Shown here: positions 25,601 to 36,254 of the stretch, piece after piece
How positions within the stretch are numbered: the stretch's first letter is position 1
How the letters are laid out: the number at the start of each line of letters is the position of its first letter
Assembly (NCBI GenBank): GCA_016748015.1
Contig: JAAOMT010000400.1
Location: 310,001-374,000, forward strand
DNA from: Geosiphon pyriformis uo1
Lineage: Eukaryota > Fungi > Glomeromycota
Direction: 5' to 3'
Length of the DNA stretch: 64,000 bases
The notes under the pieces: model-generated
What the model was told of the DNA's origin: nothing
The model's input: the letters and a program-made list of their open reading frames with translations, nothing else
Database searches by the model: none
Made by a program: the position numbers and the translations under genes

Positions 25601-28600
25601 CATAACAGCCAATGGAAGTACAAAGCTGCCTCATGGCGAAATTGACTCATTCCCTTTCGAAATTAATGGCATAGTAATACCTACAAAAGTATTAGTAATG
25701 GATGCTACACAATATCAAGCGTTAGTAGAGAATGACTGGCTAACAAAAGCCAATGCCACCTTAGACTGGACCACCCAAGAGCTTCTGATCAATTATAATG
25801 GCCACCAGGCCAAAATTCCAGCCACCTGTGGCCACTTCTAAAAACCCAGTGCCAACCAAAGACCTACCTTCAAATTTGAGGAAAATCCAGCACTACCAGC
25901 CATCAAAACCTATCAGCTCTCTTGGGCTGATGACCAAAGAACAGGACTACCAGCCATACCAACGTGGACCAGCGAAGAAAGATCTGAATGGAACCAGGTA
26001 AGTTCACAAAGAAACCACCAGCGATGCAGACCAAAGCTAGAATGTTTGGTTTGCAAGAAGAAACTCTTGTCTATGACTATGTGCAGCACACCAGACGAAG
26101 ACCCAAGAAACCCCACCCACTACTATTGTAACCATTGTAACAAAGAAAAATATGGTTACCCAGAAAGACACGGAAAATGGGACGAGGAACCGTGCCTCGC
26201 TTGTGGAGAACCGTTACCAAGAAGGTGCGACTGAAATGACTTACCAGGCAGAGGAGGAACATGTGACGCAACTTGCCAATACACGATCCTCATCTGTGAC
26301 TGGGTAAGAGGAGGAACGCCATTCAAAGCAGCGTTCAACAGAGCATTAAAAAGACTACAGCACTACCCACACAATGAGGATGAGTTGTACAACACCACAC
26401 AAGCCAAAGTAAGAGGAGGAACTGCCGAAGAAATACGACGTTGGAAAGAGTCAGCCAAAGTAGCCGACAAAGTCACCAACTACAACATGTTCGACCCAGT
26501 GGACGAATTCCAGGACTACTACCAACAACTATGCCTCACTCGACAAGAGCAAGAACAATACCTTGCCCAAATCAACACTTACCTCTGCAAAAACTGTCTC
26601 ATTCCATGCCAAAATCAGTGCTGTGAAGAGTGTCAAGACGAAAGGGACTTAGAAAGAAAAATGGAAATTGAGAATCAGCAGTCTCAAAATCAATCAATAA
26701 ATCAACAAGACTCACCTGACGGTCCCGAGTCAGAAAAATTTGTAGCCTATACTGACCTAGAACAGGTGACCGACATCCAATACTTCGACAACGGGCACTT
26801 AGGAATAATATCCGAAAGAGCCCATCCAACCAACGCCGGATTCGATCTACGTTATCTGGAAGACCAATCCACAACATTACCACCCAGGAACATCACCAAA
26901 ATCGACCTAAAAATAGCAGTTGAAATTCCGCCAGGAATAATGGTTCAAATGGCGTCGCGATCAAGCCTCGTGAAAAAAGGAATAAGTATTCAAGGAGGAG
27001 TAATTGACTCCGAATACACTGGAAATTTGATGGTTTTGCTACAGAACAATTCAGAAAAGCCTTATACCATTGAATCTAAGGAAAAGATTGCACAAGCAAT
27101 TTTCCTATCATTGGTAAAAATTGGGAAATTTGTGCCAGTAGAAAATTGTGAGGAATTGTCACAAACAACGAGAGGAACTTTTGGTTTCGGATCGATAGGA
27201 AAAGGAATTGAAGCGAATTTCACTGAAACAATAGAGGAAAAAGGCGAAGTAATTAAAAATGAGTGGTCCATCACGCTCCTATCATATGGAAAATCAGAAA
27301 TAAGAATAAAAAGGACAATTAAAAAAAAAGACCTAATATTTGAGCCCTACCCAGAAACTTGCCAACAGTTTCTCATAGGACTTACTAACCTTTTTATTCC
27401 AGCTGATAAAGCTCAATGGATAAAAATTCCTATTGCAAACACCACAGAAGAACCCGTCTACATTCCGGAAGATACTATCATTGGATACCTCGGAATAGAA
27501 CTAGAAAACGCGTCAACACCACAAGAAATTCTAAATTTTCCAGAAATTGCCCTCTACTGTGAACTCACTTTAATAAATTGGCAACAACTGGTAGAATGCT
27601 ATCAATTTACGCCAGAAGAATTGGCCAAATTAAACATTGGAACAATGGATCCTGACCAACAGCGACAATTAAAAGCATTAATTTTAAAATACTCTGATAT
27701 ATTTTCAAGAAATGGCGAATTTGGAAGAACCAACTTGGTTCAACACCAAATCCCCACTGGAGACGCCAGATCTGAAAAACAACGCACTTACCATGTCCCA
27801 CCAATGGAGCATAATTTTATCAGAGAAGAAGTCCAAAGCATGTTAGAAAAAGGAATAATACAACCATCAATGAGCCCATGGTCCTCACCAGTTGTTTTAG
27901 TAAAGAAAAAGAACAGAAAAATTAGATTTTGTGTCGACTATCACAAACTAAACAGCAAAACAACCAAAGACTCATACCCAATACCGTTAATTGACGAAAT
28001 CTTCGACGTTTTTGGAGGAGCAAAATGGTTTTCTACACTGGACTTGACCAGTGGGTACTGGCAAGTGGAAATGGACCCAAAGAACAGGCATAAAACAGCA
28101 TTCACAACACAAAATGGCAATTATGAGTTCAATGTAATGCCATTTGGATNNNNNNNNNNNNNNNNNNNNNNNNNNNNNNNNNNNNNNNNNNNNNNNNNNC
28201 AAAGACTAATGGACGTAATTTACTCCAGAATCCTGTGGCAATCCGTTGTTGTCTACTTGGATGATACAAATGTTTTCTCGTCAAAATTCACAGATTATCT
28301 CCAACATTTACAACAAGTTTTTGAGAGATTGAGACACACTGGACTTAAACTAAATCTAGAAAAATGTTTCTTTGGGAAAAATAAGCTAGTATTTTTAGGA
28401 CACGTAATTGGAAAAGATGGAATAAAACCAGATCCATCAAAAATAGACAAAGTGAAAAATTTTCCAGTACCTCGAAACGTTTTAGAAGTTAGAAGCTTTT
28501 TAGGACTCGCATCTTACTATCGCCGCTTTGTAGAAAACTTTTCAAACATCACCAAACCCTTTAATTACCTACTATCTAAAAATGTGAAGTTTGAATGGAC

Positions 28601-29060
28601 TGAAGCACAACAAAAAGCTTTTGAGTATCTTAGACAAAAGCTCATTGAATCACCAATAATGATCTATCCGAATTTCAACAAGAAATTCATTTTGGCCACA
28701 GATGCCTCTGGAACTGGACTTAGAGCCATTCTGTTACAAAAAGATGATAATAGAAGAGAACATATAATCACTTATGTCAGCAAAAGTCTCAGTACGGCAG
28801 AACAAAACTACGCAGCACATGAACTTGAATGCTTAGCAGTAGTCTGGAGTTGTGTTCACTTTGACACATATTTACGGTACCAATCCTTTGAGATTACGAC
28901 AGATCATAGAGGTCTGGTCTGGTTAAATAACAAGAAAGCGCTAAAAGGAAAATATGCCAGATGGTCACAAACGTTAGCACCATACGATTATATTATCAAA
29001 TACAAAGAAGGTACCAAAAATGCTAATGCTAACTGTTTGTCAAAAATGAGACACACATAA
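22689..29060 (+). pseudogene. gag-pol: E ORF1: N-domain, Gag, CCHC, protease, Cys-rich domain, dUTPase, RT and RNase H in a single frame with a few nonsense changes
   Basis: Fragments 22689-23462, 24738-24992, 25182-25841, 26046-26234 and 26385-29060 are all in the same frame. Motifs CHFCKRVGHLISQC, LILDSGSAGS, AGFDL, RSS, GGVIDSEYTG, KIAQ, RGTFGFGS, YLDD (28254-28265), TDASG, ELECLA and TDH. Confidence 0.93.
23957..23975 (+). other. Nextera/Tn5 mosaic-end adapter remnant (assembly artefact)
   Basis: Exact CTGTCTCTTATACACATCT, joining gag to a duplicate of the protease region next to an N gap. Confidence 0.97.
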
Positions 29061-29092
29061 AAAAAATCACCAACCCACCTGCCACAACAACA

Positions 29093-30895
29093 ATGAACAA
29101 CCACCTTTACAAAAACCTCAGCCAATACTTGGAAACACTACAAATAGACGAAGAAATGCCAGTAAAAAAGCTAATTAAGCTCCAAAAATTAGCAAAACAC
29201 TATTTCATCCAAAATCACATACTTTATTACCGGAATCGACAAAATCCAGATAATCCATTAAGAGTTATAACCACGGATGAAAAAGAAACTATCTTATTTA
29301 ACATGCACTCAGATATTCATTCAGGCCACTTTGGAAAAACAGCAACCATCCAACGTGCAATTAGCCGTTACTATTGGCCAAAAATGAGTTCAGACATAAT
29401 CCAATACATAAGAAATTGTGACCCGTGCCAACGAAGAGGAGGAGCAAAAACAACGGAATTATTAAGACCAATAAAAGTTGGACAGCCATTTGACAGAATC
29501 GGAATTGATTTAGTTGGACCCTTACCAATAACAACAAGAAACAACCATTATATTGCAGTAGCCATGGACTATCTCACCAAATGGCCAGAAGCTAGAGCTA
29601 TTAAAACAGCTGATGCTATTTCCATAGCTCAATTCATACATAAAAACTTNNNNNNNNNNNNNNNNNNNNTTACCTGTTGAACTTACTATCCCAACTTATC
29701 CAAGTGACACTATCATGGAAGCAACATTCCAGGAAACACTACTTAGAAGAACATACGAATTAATGAGAACTTTAGAAAACAAAAGAAGAAAAGCAGCACA
29801 AAATATTGAACAATCACAAGAACAACAAAAAGTGAGACATGATAACCAGTTACCAGATAATATAATTAGCTACAAAATTGGAGATAAAGTATTGTTGCAT
29901 CGTATAAAAAAGATGTGTATAAGAGACAGGATTTAGTTGGACCCTTACCAATAACAACAAGAAACAACCATTATATTGCAGTAGCCATGGACTATCTCAC
30001 CAAATGGCCAGAAGCTAGAGCTATTAAAACAGCTGATGCTATTTCCATAGCTCAATTCATACATAAAAACTTAATTTGCCGACATGGATGTCCACAAGAA
30101 TTGCTATCAGATCAAGGCACACACTTCGTAAACAGCACCTTAAAAGAACTTAGCCAAAAATTTGGAATCAAGCGACCACTGTCATCACCATACCACTCTC
30201 AAACAAATGGATTAGTTGAAAGATTTAATCGCACATTATGTGAATCACTGGCGAAAATTAGTAATAAACATGAAAAAGAATGGGATTTGTTCATACCAGC
30301 AGTACTACTAGCATATAGAACAGTAAAACAAGATACTATACAATTCACACCGTTTGAACTAGTTTATGGAAGAAAAGCCACATTACCCGTTGAACTTACT
30401 ATTCCAACTTATCCAAGTGACACTATCACGGAAGCAACATTTTAGGAAACACTACTAAGAAGAACATACGAATTAATGGGAACTTTAGAAAACAAAAGAA
30501 GAAAAGCAGCACAAAATATTGAACAATCACAAGAACAACAAAAAGTGAGACATGATAACCAGTTACCAGATAATATAATTAGCTACAAAATTGGAGATAA
30601 AGTATTGTTGCATCGTATAAAAATGGAAAAACAGTGGAGTGGAAAATTTGATCACAAGTGGAATGGACCATTTTATATTCATGAAATACTTGGAAATAGA
30701 GCATACAAGTTAAAACTAGATGATAAAATATTAAGAAAAGCAGCACATGGTAACCGGCTGAAATTCTATTACAGTAAACCAGTAATAACAACAAAAACAC
30801 CCAGAATTGGAACACAATTACCTTTAATTCTACCAGAACAAATTCCACGAGATTTAGAACCAATAGTTTTAATTGAACATTATTCGAAAAAATAA
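29093..30895 (+). pseudogene. E integrase (separate ORF), locally duplicated by gap-fill artefact
   Basis: ATG at 29093. HHCC motif (HSDIHSGH…CDPC), catalytic core IGIDL / SDQG / QTNGLVERFN, GPF motif (KWNGPFYI), stop at 30895. Confidence 0.9.
29911..29929 (+). other. Nextera/Tn5 mosaic-end adapter remnant (assembly artefact)
   Basis: Exact AGATGTGTATAAGAGACAG at the junction of two overlapping integrase segments. Confidence 0.97.
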
Positions 30896-30979
30896 TTAAT
30901 TTTAGATCACAGCAAAAATGATTTAACAACCATAAAAACGCATGCAAAAGATTCCAAAATAACAGTCAAAATTAAAACA

Positions 30980-31480
30980 ATGATACTTATTCCAGAAAAC
31001 ATCAACAATATAACTCAACAATTAGTTGAAAGCTTACAACAATTAAAATCCGATCTAGAAATCACAGTTAATAGCTCCAAAATAACATACATAAAAAGAA
31101 CAATAGAAAATCCAAAAACAAGAAAAGAACATAATTTCGAACNNNNNNNNNNNNNNNNNNNNATACAAACATTATACTCAAAAGACTTAACTAGAGTGTT
31201 TGACAAAACAACTATCCAACTATTAGAACCTTTCATTGGAAAAACCAACATTACATTCCATTCACAAACAGTTTACAGAATTTTCAAAGCATTTGAAAAC
31301 TGTCACAAATTATTGTTGGACCCAACCATGAACATAATAACAACCAACAGTATTGGACGACTTACCAACTTGCAATTTCAAGAATTACAACAACAAATTA
31401 ATAACACAGTATTGAACCATTATAGTAACTTAGAATTTAATGAAGAAATTAACTTCGATTTCGACGGAGCTCAATCTTGA
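30980..31480 (+). CDS. E ORF3, unknown function, in the env position (spans an N gap)
   Basis: ATG in AAAACAATG context, ending at the PPT. Homologous to ORF3 of A, D and I. Confidence 0.75.
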   Translation: MILIPENINNITQQLVESLQQLKSDLEITVNSSKITYIKRTIENPKTRKEHNFEXXXXXXXIQTLYSKDLTRVFDKTTIQLLEPFIGKTNITFHSQTVYRIFKAFENCHKLLLDPTMNIITTNSIGRLTNLQFQELQQQINNTVLNHYSNLEFNEEINFDFDGAQS

Positions 31481-31493
31481 AAGGAGGGGATAA

Positions 31494-32361
31494 TGTTATG
31501 GTTTAAGAATTTAGCAAAAAGAATCATAAAAATAATACAAATTATTTAATCATAATATAGCACAGTAATAATCTTAGAAAGGTAATGATTAACATAGTAG
31601 CAAACACCATCTCGCGATAGTGGCAAGCACCAGTTCACAATAGCAGCCAACACCAACTGGTGATAGTAGCAAACACCAGGTTGAAATATCAAAAAGAAAG
31701 TATTTTCTCATAGAACTACAAACATGTATATATATAGTAGTTTTAATATTGGGAAATAATCAATCAAGTAATAAAAAATCATAACTTATCAAGCAACAGA
31801 TCCAATTTTATCCAACAAACTCCACTTTAAATCATATTTTCAAATTAAATATCCCAAGAAACCTTTAAAAATCAAAAAGAAATGAAAAAGAATATTTAAA
31901 ACAGAACTATCACAACCCAAAGTATTAAGAAACTTACTTGTATTATTTATTGAATGAAACTATCATTCATCAACTAAATCCCTTGGAAGAATAATCCTTG
32001 ATCAAGATTATTCATGTTGTTACTAATTGATAAAAGCTTTATTGTGAGAATTAAAAAAGCGCTAAAGACCATTAACATTCTGTGTTTCTAGATTAGAGAA
32101 ACACATCAGGCAATTGCAAGGATAGCCTCAGAGAAGACCTCAGACAGTGGGTAGATTTTAGTTCAGCCTCTGAGAAGGAGTACATAAACACACACAACAA
32201 TCAAGAATTAAAGAATAACTTATATCGCAACAGTAAAAAAAAAGCCTTCAGTGTAACAGTAACATTATCACACAAATAGAATTGAGGAACTCACGAAAGA
32301 CTGATTGCAATTAAAGCGAGATATCAGCAATTAAATATAACAAGAAAACCATCCCGTAACA
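31494..32361 (+). repeat. 3' LTR of E
   Basis: Preceded by PPT GAAAGGAGGGGA and followed by TSD CCAG. Confidence 0.95.
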
Positions 32362-34709
32362 CCAGCCTGCTATACAACTCAAATACTTTAACAACAATAG
32401 AAAAGGAATAAAACCAGAAAAAGTCTACGAAATTAATGCAAGATATAACCTAAGATATCCTGGCAAAGACACTTTGATTCTCCAACCAAAATCTTTAACA
32501 AAAATCAATCTCAAAATCGCTCTTGAAATTCTACCTGGAGCAATGGTTCAAATTGCATCCAGATCATTATTGGCAAGCAAAAAAATCAATGTCAAAGGAG
32601 GAATTATAGATGCAGAATATACTGAAGACATTACTATCATGTTGCAGAATGAAACAGACAAACCATTCAAGATTGAACATGCTGAAAAAATTGCCCAAGC
32701 AATTTACCTACCTTTAATCAACATTTCGGGTTTACAATCAATTAATAACAGAGAACAATTGGGAAAAAGTGAAAGAGGAATACAAGGTTTTGGTTCAACT
32801 GAACAATTTACAGTACCAGTAAACATAGCTCTTAATATACAAAATGAATCTTACCAGATTCTTCAACTTCTACAACCAATTACCATTTCACCTTTTGGAG
32901 AATATCACAAAATTTACACTTGCTTAAAACCCACTACTACTCAACAAATTTTTGAATCCAATGAACAAATTTGTTTGAAGCATGAAATATCAATTCTAAA
33001 CGTTTATATTCCCAAAGAAATAAAAAAATTTTGAGTTATATTCTACAACCCCAATAATTATCTTATTGTCTTATTAAACAAATTAGAAATTGGAATCATA
33101 CACAGCAATATTTTTCAAGATAAAAACCCTCAAATTGTCTCTAATTTCATCGAAATTGTAAAGCACACTCTACTCCCAAATCCAAATATTATTTCTACCA
33201 CTGAAAACTACCATCTTTTGGAAGAAAAACTCTCTTGAATCAACATGAGTCCCTTGGAACCCCAACAACAAAGACAATTGAAACAATTAATAGCTGAATT
33301 TGCAGATATATTTGCAAAAGACAACAATAACTTGGGAAAAATGGATATTGTTCAACATCAGATCCATACAGGAGATGCTCCACTAAAATGTTAGCAAGCT
33401 TACAGAGTGCCACCTGTCAGCCACCAATTTATTAGAGAAGAAGTCCAAAGAATGCTTAATAACGAATTGATTCAACTATCAAGAAGTTCTTGGGCCTCAC
33501 TAGTAGTCCTGGTTAAAACGAAAAACTGAAAAATCAGATTTTGTGTTGACTATCGCCAACTGAATAGTGTGACAATTAGAGATGTCTACCCTTTTCCAAG
33601 AATTAATAACATGCTAGATGCTCTAGGAAAAGCCAAGTTCTTTTTAACTTTAGACTTGGAAAGTGGATACTGGCAAGTCGAAATGGACCCAAAAGATAGA
33701 CCCAAAACAGCATTCACCACTCAAAGAAGAAACTATGAGTTCAATGTTATGTCTTTTGGACTCTGCAATACACCAGCAACATTTTAGCAACTCATGGATG
33801 TTGTATATGAAAGGCTCTTGTGGCAATCAGTAGTTGTCTATCTTGATGATACTGATGTATACTCACCAAGCTTTGAAGCCTATCTCATTTACCTGCGAGA
33901 AGTTTTTCAACAATTATGGAAAGCAGGATTAAAGTTAAACATTGAGAAATGTCACTTTGGAAAAACAAGCTTGATTTTTCTTGGACACATAGTTAGTAAA
34001 GATGGAATCAAATCAAATCCAGGAACAATCAGTGCTGTCAAAAACTTTCAAATCCCCAGAAATACCACAGAACTAAGAGGATTTGTAGGATTAGCCTCTT
34101 ACTATCAAAAATTCATTAAAAAATTCTCAGAAATTGCCAAACTACTCAATTATCTTATCAACAAAAATGTGCCATACAAATGGACTGAAGAACAACAAAA
34201 AGCTTTTGAAACTCTCAAAACAAAATTGACAACAGCCCTAGTTTTTGCTTATCTAGACTTCAACAAATAATTCTAATTAGCCACTGATGCTTCACACATA
34301 GCATTTGGTGCCATTTTATCACAATTGAATGAAAATGGCCAGGAACAAATTATTGCCTATGCCAGTAGAACACTCAAGCCAACAGAACTCAAATATGGCT
34401 CAACTGAATTGGAAGCTATTGCAGTCATTTGGGCTCTTAAATATTTTCAACAATATCTAAAGAATAGAAAAAAATTTGACATAATAATTGACAATATTGG
34501 CCTCAAATGGCTTAATAAAAAAAAAAACTGAACAAAGTGCCAAACAGTCTTGATAGAATGACTTCCTAGCAGACTACAGATATATTGTACATCACAAACC
34601 AATAAAACTACACACCAATGTTGATAGTCTCTTAAGAATAAGACAAGACTAACACCAACAACAATTCCATTATAACTTACTAACCTACCAACAAAATAAC
34701 CAAACAACA

Positions 34710-36095
34710 ATGAATTCCAGAAACTACAGCAATCTTAAAAACTATTTGGAGACTCTTACCATGCCAAAAAATTGGTCTTCAAATGAAAAATATCATTTAC
34801 AACACCAATCAAAGCAATATTTCATACACCATAACAAAATCTATTATAAAAATCACAGAAACCCAAACCAACCACTCAAATTAGTACAAAAGAATGAAAA
34901 AGAAACAATTTTATATAACATGCACACAGATCCATCTTCAGCACACTTGGGAAGAGATAGAACAATTCAAAGAACTTTTGAACATTATTTTTGGCCTTAT
35001 ATGCAAAAAGACATTCGACAATATGTAGAATCTTGTAATAGTTGTCAAAGAAGAGGAGGAACTTGCCTTACAGAACCTTTAAATCCAATCAAAGTTGGAC
35101 AACCTTTTGACAAAGTTGGAATTGATTTAGTCGGACCATTACCTATTACAATCCAAAAAAATTGCTATATTGCAGTAGCAGTAGATTATCTCACTAAATG
35201 GTCTGAAGCTAGAGCCATCCAAAAAGCAGATGCAAAATTAGTAGTAAATTTCATCTATAAAGACATTATTTGTAGACATAAATGTTCAATTGAACTTTTA
35301 TCTGATCAAGAAACACATTTTGTGAACAACTTGATACAAGAAATTTGTGAACAATTCAATGTCAAAAAACCTCTATTATCACCTTATCATCCTCAAACAA
35401 ATGGACTTGTAGAATGTTTTAACAGAACATTGTGTGAATCTCTAGCCAAAGTCTCAACAGACTTTGAGCAGGAATGGGATATCTTTATTCCATCAGTGTT
35501 ACTAGCATACAGAACACTAAAACAAAATACTATGAAACACACACTATTTGATTTAACTTATGGAAGGACAGCAACATTACCAATTAATTTCACAGTGAAA
35601 ACATACTCTGTGCAACCAATTAATGAAGAAAACTTTCAAGAAACACTCCAAAAAAGAGCCTACACTCTTTTTAGTATACTGGAAGGAAAAAGAAGAATAG
35701 CAGCAACTCATATCAAATATTCTCAAGCTCAACAAAAAGAAAGACATGACAACAAATTACCACTCATTACCAACGAATTTAAAGTTGGAAATAAAGTTCT
35801 CTTACACAGAACCAAGACTAAAAAACAATGGAATGGAAAATTTGAAAACAAATAAAATAGACCATTTTATATCCATGAAATTCTAAGCAATAAATCATAC
35901 AAGTTAAGACTTAATGACAAAATACTAACAAAAGTTGCACATAGAGACAGATTGAAACACTATCATTCCAGAAACAATTCTGAACCATTAATTCCACAAA
36001 TTGGTACACATTCCCCTTTAATTAATTCTGAAGATATTCCCTGAAATTTAGAACCAATAATTATAATAGAACAACAACTAAACTTGAATACTTAA
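34710..36095 (+). pseudogene. A integrase (ORF 34710-35855 plus a C-terminal part beyond premature stops)
   Basis: HTDPSSAH…CNSC, VGIDLV, SDQE and QTNGLVE motifs. The same frame continues to NLEPIIIIEQ and a stop at 36095. Confidence 0.9.
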
Positions 36096-36254
36096 ATTTT
36101 ACAATAATTCTTTAATAAAAAAAAACACAATGACAAAAATAGTAAATAATTACACAAGAAAAAAAAAAAACACCCAAATCCGAAAACAAATAAAAATCTC
36201 ATACCCAAAAATAATTTTCTTTATTCTCTCTTTTTATAATTAGTCAATTTTACC

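Larger units (their letters stand above)
21777..32361 (+). mobile_element. Full-length Gypsy-like LTR retrotransposon E (best preserved; nested in A; contains gaps and assembly artefacts)
   Basis: LTRs 21777-22606 and 31494-32361, TSD CCAG (21773-21776 and 32362-32365), PBS 22609-22625, PPT 31479-31490. Confidence 0.95.
18441..34652 (+). pseudogene. gag-pol: A gag-PR-Cys-dUTPase-RT-RNaseH polyprotein (split by E at 21777-32365), with premature stops
   Basis: Gag fragment 19512-19739, knuckle CHYCGIPGHWKRDC near 19868, protease LILDSGSAGS (20139-20792), dUTPase (32474-33034), RT YWQV and YLDD (33569-34270), RNase H IAYASRTL and ELEA (34325-34531). Confidence 0.92.

Noticed and set aside
19765-27804. 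Antisense and off-frame ORFs overlapping gag-pol
   Set aside because: Shadow ORFs explained by the A/C-rich sense strand, and not conserved between families.
29911-29929. Bacterial Tn5/IS50 insertion or horizontal transfer
   Set aside because: The 19-mer is the synthetic mosaic end, with no transposase and no 9-bp TSD.
29670-30070. Apparent duplicated or rearranged integrase (ORFs 29715-29936 and 29915-30445)
   Set aside because: Bounded by an N gap and an adapter (translated MCIRDR / MYKRQ); artefact.
30476-30895. Chromodomain at the integrase C-terminus
   Set aside because: No chromodomain pattern (YLVKW-like motif, aromatic cage) follows the GPF region.
30980-31480. ORF3 as an envelope gene
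   Set aside because: No signal peptide, transmembrane segment or furin site is visible, and it is much shorter than Env.
32474-33034. Host cellular dUTPase gene
   Set aside because: It lies within element A's pol, between LTRs, and homologues sit at the same position in other elements.
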